A stretch of DNA of 64,000 nt from Blepharisma stoltei ATCC 30299 (GCA_965603825.1 CBFDEM010000011.1:930001-994000), one strand, 5' to 3'; positions 38,741-51,242 are shown, counted from the stretch's first letter. Made by a program: numbers and translations. The notes: a model not told the origin generated them from the sequence alone.

Positions 38741-39082
38741 ATGAGCTCATTAGCTAGAAAAAGCGAATTCGATCAGCCACTATTTGGCTGCTCAAGTGAT
38801 CCCAAAAGCTGCTTAATAGTTCTTTGTGTGCCATGTGGCAGTGCAATCGTCCAAGGTCTTGCTGTGAAAAATGCGAGAAACGAAGGATTCATTGTGCCTT
38901 ACTGCATCAATATTCTCCTAGCATGTATTGGCGCTGCAATTAATAGAGGCCAGATAAGAAATAAGTATGATATCGAAGGAGGATTTATAACAGACTTTTG
39001 CTATCATTTGTTTTTCATGCCTTGCTCAGCTTGCCAAGAGTACAGAGAAGTGACTTATAGAAATTCTTTACATCAGCCTTAA
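38741..39082 (+). CDS. PLAC8-family Cys-rich membrane protein
   Basis: LFGCSSD...LCVPC...RGQIRNKYDIEG...DFCYHLFFMPCSACQEYRE. Confidence 0.9.
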   Translation: MSSLARKSEFDQPLFGCSSDPKSCLIVLCVPCGSAIVQGLAVKNARNEGFIVPYCINILLACIGAAINRGQIRNKYDIEGGFITDFCYHLFFMPCSACQEYREVTYRNSLHQP

Positions 39083-39189
39083 ATTAAAATACATTCAGAA
39101 TAAATAAACTTAAGTTAGAGATCAGCCTGGGTTATTCTCTGTTGTCCGATATTTCTTTAATTGTAAATCTATAAATATTAATTATTGCT

Positions 39190-40914
39190 TTATTGTTCAA
39201 AAAACTCAAAATCTGGGGTGAATTGATCTTTCATTCTGTTTTCTTGGAAATGTTTTAGGAGCTGGTCTAAAGCTACTTTTACTTCTATTACCTTTTTCTT
39301 GACTTTATTATTAGCTTTGAGTTTATAATGTAACCCAATATATGGTTTATCATATAAAATAAATCCCATATACTTCAATAGCCCGACTCCGCCTTGATAG
39401 CCTCCAATTCTCCCTACAAAATAGGCAGAAAGTGCAGGAAAGTCCATCTCCTTTCCCTGCTTAAAGTAATCTTCTAAATAATAATCGCACAGTCCTCTAA
39501 TGCTTCCTAGTGACGAAATAATCTTATCAGTGTCTTCTTCTTCATCAAAATACAGATTTACGCACTCTCTTATATCCCCATTCAAAAATTCCAATTGATT
39601 TTTAGTGTCAGTATAAAACACTTTATTTATCAATTCAATATTTCTGATATATTTTTCTTTCAGCTGTTTTTGAAAAATAACAGGCGCCCCCTCCGGCTTC
39701 TTCTTATTTTCAGTTACATTTTCTTCAGTTTTTGTTTCTTCTTGATCTTTTTTTTCTGTCACAATTTCTTCTTGTATAGGTTTCAGTTCTTCCATGGACT
39801 GTTTTTTCTTGAATTCTTTATCAGCTTCTATAAGCCATTCTTGAATCCTTTTGAGGCCTTTTACGACCACATGCATAGGTGGGGTTACCATGATGTTATT
39901 TTCTAAGTTCAAGGTTTTCAGCTTTTTTAGGTCTTTTATTGAAAAAGGCAGGCTTTTGATTTTGGTAGATCTTAAATCTAGTTTTATTAATCCTTTTAAT
40001 AATGAAATAGATCCACTGATTTCTTTTAAAGGGTTGTAGCTTAAATGAAGATAGGAAACTTCGGAGTCTTCATGGAAAAAGTTGTCAGGCAGCATTTCTA
40101 TCCCATTGTTGCTTAAAATTAAAACTTCTAGTGAAGACATATCACCTAATACAAAAGAAATTTCTTTAAGCTGGTTAGAAGCTAAATTCAGAGTTCCCAA
40201 ACTTGCCATACCATCTAATGGAGAGTGATCTACTTTGGAAATTTTGTTATTTGAGAGATTCAATTCTTGCAATTTTTTAAGGTTTTTGAGTTCATTTGGG
40301 ATTTCAGTTATTTGGTTATAAGCTGCACTCAACACTTCTAGCCCGGCTATTGCTGGAATTTTTTCTTTTAAGGAAAAAATTTGGTTCTCAGAGAGGTTTA
40401 AATATGTAAGGGTTTCGGGAAGGAAAGGGATGTACCTTAAATTGCAATCTTTTAATGAAAGATGCACAAGATTGGTTGCTTTTTCGAGTAAATAATTCAG
40501 CCTAGAAAATTGTTTTGGTAAATTTAATGGGCAGTGAATAAGCTCAAATTTTTCTTCTAATTGCATTTGATCTTCACTGATTTTTCCAAGTTCTTCTCAG
40601 GAATTTATTTTTGGACCATGCTCAGCTTTAAGTCTATCCATCAGTCCTACTCTGATCGGTAATTTTGAGTTTTCATTTGCTTTCCTTATTAATTCTCTTA
40701 TATCTTTTATATCTTGCTCTTGCCGATTCTCGGTATCAAGATTAGTCTCTTGAGGGTTTGAATTTTCTTTTATTATTGATGTCTCTGAGATAAGGATTTT
40801 AGGATTTTCTTGCTCGGTGTCAATTCTTGGCTCACTTTCCTCTCTCATTATGTTTTCTTTTGAATCAGATTGCTCTTTTTTCAATTTTTTGCTCTTGCTA
40901 GAAAAGCAACCCAT
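39190..40914 (-). CDS. N-acylated leucine-rich-repeat protein with a PUB-like C-terminus, 574 aa
   Basis: MGCFSS start; TGA 40597-40599 joins two ORFs; about 8 LxxLxLxxN repeats; C-terminal FVGRIGGYQGGVGLLKYMGF. Confidence 0.85.
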
Positions 40915-41008
40915 TTTTGTTCTTAATAACGCTTATATTTAGAAAATTAAATGCTATTTTACTTAATTTATAATTGTCAATAAGGAAGACGGATTTAATT
41001 TATTTAAT

Positions 41009-41578
41009 TTAATCTGCGAATTCCAAAAATTTATTGAATTTTCGGAAATCTTTTTGGATATTAAAGAATTTCAACGAGAAATGTCGCTTTAAAGATCGGG
41101 TTTGTGAATGCAGCTGACTTGCACCAGAAATAATGCTCTCAAGCTCTTGATTATCTGTTCGAGGAGATATAGATTTTAAGGTATTTGACCGTCTTACCCT
41201 TCTACATGATGTAAGCTCAGGGCTTGAAGATGTAGGGAGCTCTATTAAAGAGTTTAAATTTGCTCTTATAGTTTTTGGAGGAGAAAGACTAGGAGTTGTA
41301 GATAGCGGAGAGTTCACTTTTTCTTTATTTTTTAACGGTTTTAGTTCTATGCATGTTCTAGTTCTTAAGTGAGTTCTATTTTTAGGCTGAAGATGCACTA
41401 GATCATAATTTCGGTCCCTTGTTTTTAGAAACTTTTTGCTTTTGCGCACAAATTTTGGATCGAGCTCAGGCTTAATTGATAATGAAATCCAAGTTGATTC
41501 TTTTGGTTTATTTAAATTCGCTTGCTTAGAAGCTTTATGAGGTGGCTTGGGAAAGGTAATCATTTGTGATTTTTTCAT
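41009..41578 (-). CDS. Hypothetical basic, Ser/Pro-rich protein
   Basis: 189-aa ATG-TAA ORF filling the gap between genes. Confidence 0.65.
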   Translation of the reverse strand: MKKSQMITFPKPPHKASKQANLNKPKESTWISLSIKPELDPKFVRKSKKFLKTRDRNYDLVHLQPKNRTHLRTRTCIELKPLKNKEKVNSPLSTTPSLSPPKTIRANLNSLIELPTSSSPELTSCRRVRRSNTLKSISPRTDNQELESIISGASQLHSQTRSLKRHFSLKFFNIQKDFRKFNKFLEFAD

Positions 41579-41925
41579 GCTGGCTCAAAATATAATGGCT
41601 CAGAAGATCTGAGAAAAGATTATTTCAAAATGCAATTTGTATAAATTATATAGAAGTTTACTGTGAATAAACCACTAAGGGGTGTTTTTGTTAGTCAGAA
41701 GTATCGCATAAAGATATCTGGTGCACTCAAAGGAGAGGTCTTTTAGCTAAAATTATTCATATATTAACAGCTAATTTTCAGCATTTTGAGCAACCTAGCA
41801 TTTTACCTCCATTGTTCCACTATTTAGACCTTAGAATTACTTAACTGATTTTCCATTATTATATTTCCTGATTAATCCTGTCTCTATAAAATATATATAA
41901 AGCAATTTAACTAAGACTGATTAGT

Positions 41926-42489
41926 TTAAAGTGGTAATAAGGTGTTTGGCGGCAGATCAGTTTCCAATTTCAAGTTAATTTGAGGTTGATCATGATACAC
42001 CGCATGAGCTCCTGCAAGCACCATCGAGAAAAACAGCGTATAGATGATCATATTTCCAGCCAGCATAAAGGTAGATAATACTAAAAGTGCGAGAATTCCC
42101 ATATTTTTTTGGAAATCTGTGACATCTATACCATATACTTTCATTTCCTTCTTTGAGAGGTAAACCCAAACAGCCCCAATTGCAACTAAAGAAATAAGGA
42201 AAGATGGCTGTGATAATCTACATAAACCTTACATTCCTAGTACGAGGAGAAGCATAGTCAAGATGACGTAGTTGGATATGAAATAGACCAAGTTTTCACC
42301 AAGTCTGGCTGGGATTTGCTTGACTGAGGGCTTGGAAAACAAGGCTGGGTTGAACATATCAGTCATCCATGGACGAATGTTGGACTTCAAGCTTGTCAAA
42401 GTGACCTTGTATTGGAGAGCAACCCCGAGGTTGGAGTTTTGGACGTACGATATCCACTTCTTGATCGTCGAAATGTTTTGGTCTTCCAT
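41926..42489 (-). CDS. PRA1 (prenylated Rab acceptor) family protein, ~182 aa
   Basis: IRPW...FSKP...RLGENLVYFISNY and LAGAHAVYH motifs; 15-nt intron 42218-42232 joins two track ORFs. Confidence 0.88.
42218..42232 (-). other. 15-nt spliceosomal intron
   Basis: gtaaggtttatgtag; removes an in-frame TAA. Confidence 0.88.
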
Positions 42490-42912
42490 ATTATTCGACT
42501 TTATTGTCACAGGTGGAATCTGAGTTGGATGGGAGAGAAATGAAAAAACTGAAAATAAGAAAGAAAACAGTGGAGGAAGAGAATTTAGGGAAGATGGTAG
42601 CAGGAAAAGAAAAGAGGAAATAATTATTAGGTAGAGAGATAGAAATAAAATGTAATGGCTAATTTAATTTCCATGATAACAAAATTTATTCGTATCTAGA
42701 CAAATAAATTATTATTGGAAAATATAGAAAAGATATAGAAAAGCGAACTGAGATTATAAAAAACAAAACAATCTTTGAATAGACTAATAATTAGAAATTT
42801 TCTAGAAGAAGGGATTAAAAATATTTAATATCTGAATAAATTAATTGAAGGATAGGTTTAAAAAATATTAAAATATATCAAAAAGGCGCTAGATCTTAAA
42901 TTTAAAATATAA

Positions 42913-43773
42913 ATGGAAGGCGCTAAGTACACAATTGATAGCAACTATGAGGCTGAATTTGTAACCAAAAAGAAAAAAACATCAAGCATGAGGCCTATCA
43001 AGCTGAATCGATCTAGAGGTCACATCAAGCTCGAAGAATTTGAAACTCCAAACTCCAACATTCCACGGCTTTCTCTATCCCACCAGCCAAGCCCTATTCT
43101 TTTCACTCCAATCTCATCCCAGATCACAGACAACAATCATTCACAGAAATTACCCAGAATCTCCTCAGTTAATAACGAAGACTATTCCACAATTTCCTCA
43201 AAACAAAAATTTTTAGGCCGTTTGGTATTAGAAAGATTCCAAAACTCCGCAATGGCTCAATACTTCATCTGCCAGCTCTGTGACTGCGTTTGCAATATAG
43301 GTTTTCTAGAATGCCAAGTCTGCTCCAGTTTATTCTGCAAAGAATGCTTATATATTTACACCCACCAAAACGCTCCAAATACTTGTCCGAAATGTGAGAC
43401 CTCCAATCAGCTAGCCTTGAACGAAATTGAGTCTTGCTTTTCAGGACGTTATGTTTCCAGCCCCAGTTTAGCTATGATCCATAGTCTTTTAGAAGTTGAA
43501 TGCAAACATATAGGATGCTCACATATAGTGATTTTGAAAGATTTGGCAGAGCATGAAAGAAGATGTGATTGGAGGTATACGCCTTGCAAATTGAAAAAAA
43601 TTAAGAAAGACGTCCCAGGGTGCTTGGATTTAGTTAGGGCTAATGATGAAATGGAAGGATATTGCTCAGTTAGGTGTCAGCTTTTTGGAGATTTGGTGGA
43701 TGGGAGAACTAATCATTCGTATGATGAGCATACTGCGAAATTAATTGAATTAATTAAAATGCATCGAAATTAA
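42913..43773 (+). CDS. RING-like plus TRAF/SINA-type zinc-finger protein
   Basis: CQLC...CQVC...FCKEC...CPKC, then LEVECKHIGC...LAEHERRCDW. Confidence 0.8.
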   Translation: MEGAKYTIDSNYEAEFVTKKKKTSSMRPIKLNRSRGHIKLEEFETPNSNIPRLSLSHQPSPILFTPISSQITDNNHSQKLPRISSVNNEDYSTISSKQKFLGRLVLERFQNSAMAQYFICQLCDCVCNIGFLECQVCSSLFCKECLYIYTHQNAPNTCPKCETSNQLALNEIESCFSGRYVSSPSLAMIHSLLEVECKHIGCSHIVILKDLAEHERRCDWRYTPCKLKKIKKDVPGCLDLVRANDEMEGYCSVRCQLFGDLVDGRTNHSYDEHTAKLIELIKMHRN

Positions 43774-43805
43774 ATTTCGAATAAAATGTCTTTATATTCC
43801 ATTAA

Positions 43806-44102
43806 ATGCAAGGCAAGTCAAAGAGAGACGATGTTGTAGAGCTCAGATATCAAAGATATTATAGAATAGCAACTGAATCAAAGGTTGGACAGATCATAAC
43901 AAATCTCTGGAATAATTATATTTGGCATTACTCCTCTAAAGCACTAACAGGATCCAAAAAAATCATATGGACCCTTACTAGTCTAGGAGTCATTCTTCTG
44001 CTCCCTATCACAATGCAGGCTATATTAGAAGCTGATGCCCAAATGCAAAATTTATCATCTCAACTTGACACTGCAGGCCAAGCTAATTACCGTCCTTACT
44101 AA
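43806..44102 (+). CDS. Tom22-like mitochondrial import receptor (short form)
   Basis: Single TM KKIIWTLTSLGVILLLPITM with the W-x2-T...P pattern of the Tom22/Tom9 TM, followed by an E/Q-rich tail. Confidence 0.65.
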   Translation: MQGKSKRDDVVELRYQRYYRIATESKVGQIITNLWNNYIWHYSSKALTGSKKIIWTLTSLGVILLLPITMQAILEADAQMQNLSSQLDTAGQANYRPY

Positions 44103-44258
44103 AATAATCTTATCATTTCATTAATATAAATTGAATTCCTATGCCTAATTGAGAATCAAACATTGAACTTTTTGCTAATAGAGCTGGCAAAGGATAAGGA
44201 AAACCTAAGATGAAATGGTGACCTTAAATTTTAATAGGAAAAATGAATAAAATATGAT

Positions 44259-44699
44259 TTAAGTATGAAATAGAAAATCAATATTGTTGCTTGATTGTTT
44301 TGGAGCGACATCACCGTCAAAAATATTCATCAGGCTCGGATTTTGATTATTATTCTGAGCCCTGGTTTGAGGTACTGGCTGACTCGTCTGACTTGATTGC
44401 TTGACAAGAGGAATTGTTTGTTGCGAGGCCGTTTCCCAAGCTATTCGATTAGCTTTTATGATGATTTTATTCTGAAAATCAGGAACCTTGCTCTCTTCAC
44501 TGTTAAGATCCATTCAGACTTGAACCTTGCCATTTAGATATTTGAACCTGAAATGATATCGGCCTTCTATTGGGAAGCATTCCCTAATGTCTCTTAACTT
44601 AATATCGCTCAAAGGCTTTTCTATTGCAAATGCATTAGGCTGCTCGGGATTATCAAAGTCCTCTGGAATATGATAATAAATCAGAGTATAGTGACTCAT
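44259..44699 (-). CDS. DIX-like (ubiquitin-fold) domain protein, 146 aa
   Basis: TLIYYHIP...IKLRDIRECFP..GRYHFRFK...VW(TGA)MDL...VPDFQNKIIIK; two track ORFs joined by TGA 44514-44516. Confidence 0.75.
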
Positions 44700-44768
44700 A
44701 TTTACAATCGCCTATTAAATTTAATTTTCTTAATATATGAGTTTCAATAAAATAATTAATCCTTAAAA

Positions 44769-45521
44769 CTAAAGATCTTCGACATTTGTGCCGTCTTTAG
44801 GCTCTTCATTCATTTCTGATGTCCAAAGTGTCAGATTGTCTCTAATAAGCTGCATAATGGTGGTGCTGTCCTTGTATTGGTCTTCGTCTAAGTTATCAAG
44901 CTCTGCAATGGCTTGGTCAAAGGCAGTTCTCGCCATGTTGCAGGCATCAGTAGGGTTTTCCTTGACTTCATAGTGGAAAACTGAGTAATTCAGTGCAAGT
45001 CCTAACCTAATAGGATGGGTTGGGGGAAGTTCAGCACTTGCAAGATCCATTGCTTCTTGATAAACACGGTGAGCATTATCCGCAGCAGTGGTCCCGTACT
45101 TAGCCTTATTTCCTCCAGCAGTCTGGTACTCTGCCATGTACCTGTAGTAATCTCCTTGCATCTTCAAGAAAAAGACTCTGCCTTCATTTGTGTTTTGTTT
45201 CTTGCTGAGGACCTCAGTGATCAGATCTAGAATTTCTTGACAAGTTCTATTGAGTTCTTCTTCGATTTTCAGACGGTATGCACGGGCTAATTCCACTCTT
45301 TTAGCGTTTCCGCGAGATTCTTCTTTTTCTTCAAGGGCTGAAATTGTGCGCCAAGCTGTTCTTCGGACTCCTACCACGTTTTTGTAGCCAACACTAAGCA
45401 AGTTACGCTGATCTACGTTGAGTTCGGTGGCTTGCCTTATCACGTTTTTCATAACGTTGATCATGTCGTCGTACCTTTCTGCTTGTTCAGCGAGTTTGGC
45501 TTTATAGGTTAAATCCTCCAT
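44769..45521 (-). CDS. 14-3-3 protein
   Basis: [57 protein letters not shown]. Confidence 0.97.
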   Translation of the reverse strand: MEDLTYKAKLAEQAERYDDMINVMKNVIRQATELNVDQRNLLSVGYKNVVGVRRTAWRTISALEEKEESRGNAKRVELARAYRLKIEEELNRTCQEILDLITEVLSKKQNTNEGRVFFLKMQGDYYRYMAEYQTAGGNKAKYGTTAADNAHRVYQEAMDLASAELPPTHPIRLGLALNYSVFHYEVKENPTDACNMARTAFDQAIAELDNLDEDQYKDSTTIMQLIRDNLTLWTSEMNEEPKDGTNVEDL

Positions 45522-46398
45522 TAATTTTATCGAATGGCAAGTTTAAGATGGAAACGATAGTTTATATTAAGGAAGCTCAGAAAATAGATAATTTAATTTT
45601 TTTAAGGCGAGGTTTAGCTTTATATTTGTGCAAAATAATAGAGTTAGAGGTTATGAAAAAGAAAAAGATATTTTGAATCGCATTTTTGTGATTTAATTGG
45701 GATTTTGAAGTATTTGTTTGAATGCAAAAAGAGGCTGACATATTTTAGTGAAATATAGTCTCAGATATATCTAGGATGCCTTAAAGTAGCCGCTGTATTG
45801 AATTTTCTTATGTAAATGTCTAAAGCAATTTAAAAAAAAACTATCCAAAAATAAAAATAATTTCATTAGTGTTAAGAATCCAAAAGAATTTCAGTCTTAT
45901 TTGGAATTATTCTTTCTCCCTATGATCAGAAAGTATTTTTAAAATATCAAACCAAAATTTTGTTTGAATTATATTTAAGAAAAATTCTATAATTTTATTT
46001 CTTATATATTATAAAAGTTTCAAAATTATAATAAACGCTTTAGTATATATTGTTTTCAACCTTAGAATAATAAAGTTTCTATTAGATAAAATCAAATTTA
46101 ATACAAATATCTAATTAAATTAAAATTTAAAGATTCAGAATTTAAGAAAAATAAATATGAAGATTCAAATAGCGATGCTACTTTAGCAGTTCTAAGATGA
46201 AAGCCAAAATTAAAATATAAAAAAAATTTTCCAAAATAAGTCAAATCTAAAGTGAGACTAAATTGACGATTACAAAATTATATAAAAAATAACAAATAAT
46301 TGTTTTAAAAATAATGAATGAAAGTAAATAATCATCCAGAATGACTAATTATCATTCAAGATATTATTCTTTAAAATCATAATTATCTTCCATTTATA

Positions 46399-47319
46399 AT
46401 GCTAAAAAGACTGTTTAGCCATACAGCGAAAGTATTCGTTGATAAGAACACCACAGTAATTTGCCAAGGCATAACAGGTGCTCAAGGGACTTTCCACACA
46501 ACTAAAGCAATTGAATATGGTACCCATGTTGTCGGTGGGGTGACTCCAGGCAAAGGTGGCAAAATCCACTTAGGAGTCCCTGTTTTCAACACAGTAAAAG
46601 AAGCCAAACAAGCTGTAAATCCATGGGCAAGCTCTATATACGTCCCTCCTTCTTTCGCAGCCCAAGCAATCTTAGATTGTATCGAAGAAGAAATTCCTTT
46701 AATTGTCACTATCACTGAAGGAATTCCCCAACACGACATGGTTCGTGTCAAAGACGCTTTAAAATCAAGCAAAAGCAGACTTATAGGGCCAAATTGTCCA
46801 GGAGTCATTAAACCAGGAGAATGTAAAATCGGAATTATGCCTGGCTATATCCATACTCCGGGAAAAGTCGGAATTATCAGCAGATCAGGGACTTTGACTT
46901 ATGAAGCAGTTGACCAAACCACAAAAGAAGGCCTAGGACAGTCCACTGTTGTTGGAATTGGAGGAGATCCATTTAAAGGCTCTGACTTTATTGATGTTTT
47001 GGAAATGTTCATAAATGACCCAGAAACTGAATCTATTGTATTGATAGGAGAAATCGGAGGCACAGGAGAAGAAGATGCGGCTGCTTGGCTGAAAACATAT
47101 AATGTTCAGAAAAAGCCTGTCGTTTCGTTTATTGCAGGAATTAGTGCACCGCCTGGAAAAAGAATGGGACATGCTGGAGCTATCATATCAGGAGGCAAAG
47201 GAGGAGCTGAGTCTAAAATCAAAGCGCTAGAGGATGCTGGGGTTGTGGTGACCAGATCACCTGCACAAATAGGGAAAACGATGAAAAAGCTAATGCAGGA
47301 AAGGGGATTAGTAGATTAA
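46399..47319 (+). CDS. SUCLG1: Succinyl-CoA ligase alpha subunit, mitochondrial
   Basis: [37 protein letters not shown] (phospho-His); short basic presequence. Confidence 0.96.
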   Translation: MLKRLFSHTAKVFVDKNTTVICQGITGAQGTFHTTKAIEYGTHVVGGVTPGKGGKIHLGVPVFNTVKEAKQAVNPWASSIYVPPSFAAQAILDCIEEEIPLIVTITEGIPQHDMVRVKDALKSSKSRLIGPNCPGVIKPGECKIGIMPGYIHTPGKVGIISRSGTLTYEAVDQTTKEGLGQSTVVGIGGDPFKGSDFIDVLEMFINDPETESIVLIGEIGGTGEEDAAAWLKTYNVQKKPVVSFIAGISAPPGKRMGHAGAIISGGKGGAESKIKALEDAGVVVTRSPAQIGKTMKKLMQERGLVD

Positions 47320-47403
47320 ATAATATTTATGGCAAAATCAATATAATTTTTGGTTTATTTAAAAGAAAAGGCTTTTTAAAGTGAAATATAAATTTACTTA
47401 TAA

Positions 47404-48234
47404 TTATTCTTGCTCTAGCAGTTTATCCTCAAGCTTTCTTACTTCTTCTAATGTTTCTCTAAGGACTCCATGAGGGTCCTCCAATTTTAACTCAGGCAGT
47501 GGAGGAGCTGTATTTGGATCTGTAAAATACTTAGGTCTGCACTGCTTTACGACGTCATCGTCTTCAACCTCTGTGAATACCCCACATTTTGGGATATCCT
47601 CTACCCACTCCCCAACATAAATTTTACTTGTGCTTCCAAAATAAAAACTTCCTTGCCCATGCTTCATATCTTTCATCCAATAGCCTTCATACGAGTCTCC
47701 ATTTGCCTTGGTAAAAATCCCATACCCATCTTTCAAATCATCAACCCATTGCCCTTCATAGATATCTCCATTGGCATAGATCATTCTTCCTTGTCCATGC
47801 TTTTTGCCATTCAGTCAAAATCCATCATATCTATCTTCATTATCATAAAAATAGCTCCCTTGGCCTGACATTCTGTCATCATTTCACTCGCCTGTATAAA
47901 TTCTTTTATACTTATCCCCTTTTTTTGAAATCAGTTTCCACAACGTCCCGTTTCCATTTCTTTGATTAGCTTTTCAGCTGCCTTCATATTTATCTCCATT
48001 TGAATAATACATGATTCCATACCCTTCTTTAGCGTTATTATTCCACTCTCCTTCATATTTAGAACTATGAAACCATTTTTCGCCTCTGATTTTGCCATCT
48101 TCATCAGCTTGCCTTTTCTTTACCCAATAGACTCCTTTATGATTGCCGTTTTTTTGAGCCCTTTTATTATTAATCTTCCATAGCTGCTCTGGAGGTCTGG
48201 ATTCTACTGAGGCGCTTTCATTTTCTTCACTCAT
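47404..48234 (-). CDS. MORN-repeat protein (MORN3-like), 276 aa
   Basis: Repeats YEGEW...EGYG, YEGSW(TGA), YDGFW(TGA), YEGQW...DGYG; C-terminal LPELKLEDP. Confidence 0.9.
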
Positions 48235-48275
48235 AATAAATAACGATTGCCATATTTAGAAAAGACCTTAAATTA

Positions 48276-48797
48276 TTAGCAAGAAGTGAACTTTGGGTTG
48301 ATGAAAACCGTCTGGTTATGAAGCGCATTGGAGTACTCTGAAATGACAGTTCTCCTCAAGTTAAATTTTTTGTCTGGCTCTTCACCGTTAAATTGTTCTT
48401 TGCAATGCTCAGCATGTGTAGTGGAGGTTAACACGTCAATTTTCCAGTCCTCGTTTTGGTAGGTGTTAGGTCTAAAAATGGTGTTGCTAACTCGGCTCAT
48501 TTTTTCGATGTTCATCATTTCTTCTTTCGTTAAATTTTCAGGGTTGGAGTCTTCATAGAAGACTCCGACAGTACGCTTGTCTGGGTTGTGCCATGAATCT
48601 GATCTAGTAAACATTGCTGAAGTTTGCTTAAGGATCTCTTGTTTTCTTAATTCTTTTTCAGCTGGTAAAGGTCTCTTTAATGGGGAGTCTGAATCATCAG
48701 CTCCGTAAAATTTAGATAAACTTGTTTGGAATGCTTGCTCTTGTGCGAAGGAAGGGTCTTTCTCAGCTCTCCACTTTTGGTAATACTCCTTGTCCAT
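48276..48797 (-). CDS. Hypothetical protein, 173 aa
   Basis: ATG at 48797 (MDKEYYQKW) to TAA; coding-like composition. Confidence 0.7.
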   Translation of the reverse strand: MDKEYYQKWRAEKDPSFAQEQAFQTSLSKFYGADDSDSPLKRPLPAEKELRKQEILKQTSAMFTRSDSWHNPDKRTVGVFYEDSNPENLTKEEMMNIEKMSRVSNTIFRPNTYQNEDWKIDVLTSTTHAEHCKEQFNGEEPDKKFNLRRTVISEYSNALHNQTVFINPKFTSC

Positions 48798-49232
48798 TTT
48801 ATTATAACTGATCTCGAAATAATTGAATTTCTTCTTAAATTTTGATTTGCTTATCACTCATATGAGTTGAGTTTGGGTATTTCAAGAGATTTGTGAGAAA
48901 TTAATACAATGCTTTAAATAAAATAATTAAAAGTTTTATAGAGAGATTTTAAATTTTTTTCGAATTTGAGATTACACAGATGCCAAATTAATAAATTTGT
49001 TTAGTTGTAAACTTGAATAGAAGCATTTGCTCTTATTTGGAGTCATAATTTTCTGACAAATTAAACATTTTAGGAAAAAGTTATAAATCGATTTTTAGTG
49101 TATATTTAAGATTGAGTCTCTGAGTCACAAAGATATTCTTGCATTTCCTCCAATATTTCTCTCTTTTTATCGACAAAAAACCATTAATTTCTTGATAAAT
49201 TAACAGCACTGACTTTTGCCTTAATAAAAAAA

Positions 49233-49688
49233 ATGGACCTAAATCTAAATCAAGCTGACTGCTCTTCTCAATCTCAAATTTTACCACTAGCGCCGCTTTT
49301 ACTTGAAGAAACTTCAAATGAATTCTGCTTTAATTACTATCAAAATTTTTACTATAAGAGCCTGACAGAAATTTCAGATGAGCGTAGCCTGATCCCGTCA
49401 GATAATGAAGAAACCTTTCAATGCAACATCTGCTTTGCAGATTTTTCATGCAAAAAAGGCTTGAGCCAACATATAGGTAAAATTCATTCGACATCTGATA
49501 AAAAGGCATTATGCAAACAATGCAGTAAGAAGTTCAAAAATGAGAATGCTCTAAAATCACATATAAAACAAGTACACGAAAAATCAACCAGAGTTCCATG
49601 CAAAAAGTGTGGCCAGCTAATATATAATAAATATATGATGAAAGCGCACATGGCCCGGGAGCATCCTGCTCAGGTAAATATAAGTTAA
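49233..49688 (+). CDS. C2H2 zinc-finger protein (3 fingers)
   Basis: CNIC...HIGKIH, CKQC...HIKQVH, CKKC...HMAREH. Confidence 0.9.
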   Translation: MDLNLNQADCSSQSQILPLAPLLLEETSNEFCFNYYQNFYYKSLTEISDERSLIPSDNEETFQCNICFADFSCKKGLSQHIGKIHSTSDKKALCKQCSKKFKNENALKSHIKQVHEKSTRVPCKKCGQLIYNKYMMKAHMAREHPAQVNIS

Positions 49689-50031
49689 CTATTTTGTACA
49701 AAAATAAAATAGTCAGTAATTTTAAATTCTTTTTTAGCTGTTACATTTTTGTTGACTTACAATTATAAGTTGGTACAAATATTGACCCAAGTTATTTTGA
49801 ATTTATATATCTCTAAGGAATGTTATAATGAATTCTGAGGGAATTTCTTAATTATTTTATCACCAAATTATAAGTCCGCTGACAAAAATGAAAGACTGCT
49901 AAGAAGACAAGCCAAGCTAAGAAATTACAATCATAAACCTTTTCTAGAACTATTTAATAATAAATGAAACATTGCCCTTAAGATGATAGAAATTTATATA
50001 TATCTTTTAAGTGTTTTTAATAAGATAAAAA

Positions 50032-51198
50032 ATGAGTCTTTTAAGAAGCAGATCATTGAGACCTCAATCTTTAGTAATTCTACCAGGCAACGACAGATTA
50101 GTTCGAAATCAGCCTGACTCTCTTTCAAATAAAAGGTCTGCAGTTGAAAACTTATTAAACTTAGTTAGTTCTAGCTATTCCGACTGAAAAGACAGCTTTG
50201 CATTTTTAGATAAAAGAAAAAGGGGCTGGGTAAGTGATGCAGAGCTTAAAATGATTTTTTATAGGCACGAATTTAATGCAGATACTACTGCATACCAAGA
50301 AATATTCAACGCATTTGCTAACGGCAATACTTTCAATTACATCAGATTTCTCGAAAATGCGAAATCCAAAGCTCCTTCAAAAAATTCCAACGACATTAAG
50401 CTTCTTCAACGAAAACTTCAAGAAGTCATTGAAATCCGCGGAATTAGCCCTACAATGCTATTTCTTCAGTTCGATGTTAACCAAAATTCAAGAGTGAGCT
50501 CTGATGAAATTACGAATTATTTCAGAACTTTAGGATTAAAAATTTCTAGAAGGGATATGAAAAATTTAGTTTCTCAATTTACGTCTGATCCTAACGGGCT
50601 TAATTATAACCAATTTGTTTCACTACTTTTGCCAGGGTCAAATCAAAAGTCTGAGGGGCAAAATAATTTGATTTTTGAGCTAGCAATTTTGTTGCTACCT
50701 ATGCAGTATGATCTGCTTGAGCTGCTGAAAACTCAAGATCGCTATGAAACTGGGATACTAAATAAGCAAGAATTTGAAGCTGCAGTTATACATGTTCTAG
50801 CGTTTTTTACAAGCCAAGAGCTTAGTTTACTATTCGATGTTTTAGACAAAGACCAGACTGGAAATATTAGCTATAGAGATTTATGAAGCTTAATAGAAAG
50901 CATCTCAGCAAGACTCGAAACTCTTTCAACTGAAGAAAAAAACGTTCTTGAGCACTTTAAAGATGAATTTTTTGACGAGACTGACAAAGTTGACAGATAT
51001 TTAAGAAGATCTGATGCAGACAGCGATGGTCTCATCACAATTGAAGAATTTTCTCAAGCTCTACAAAGGCTTGGCGTAGCCTTCGAAAGAAATAAAATTG
51101 ACCAGATTTTCAAAACTCTTGACTCCAAAAAAGCCAATAAAATCTCTACATTAGAGGTCTTAAGAGCCATCCAAAAAGGTATTTGGGAATCTCCATAA
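50032..51198 (+). CDS. Multi-EF-hand calcium-binding protein, 388 aa
   Basis: Extends through TGA at both ends of the track ORF. EF loops DVNQNSRVSSDE, DKDQTGNISYRD, DADSDGLITIEE. Confidence 0.85.
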
Positions 51199-51242
51199 TT
51201 TAACTTAATAAATTCTAGCACAAGATTTTAATATACAATAAG

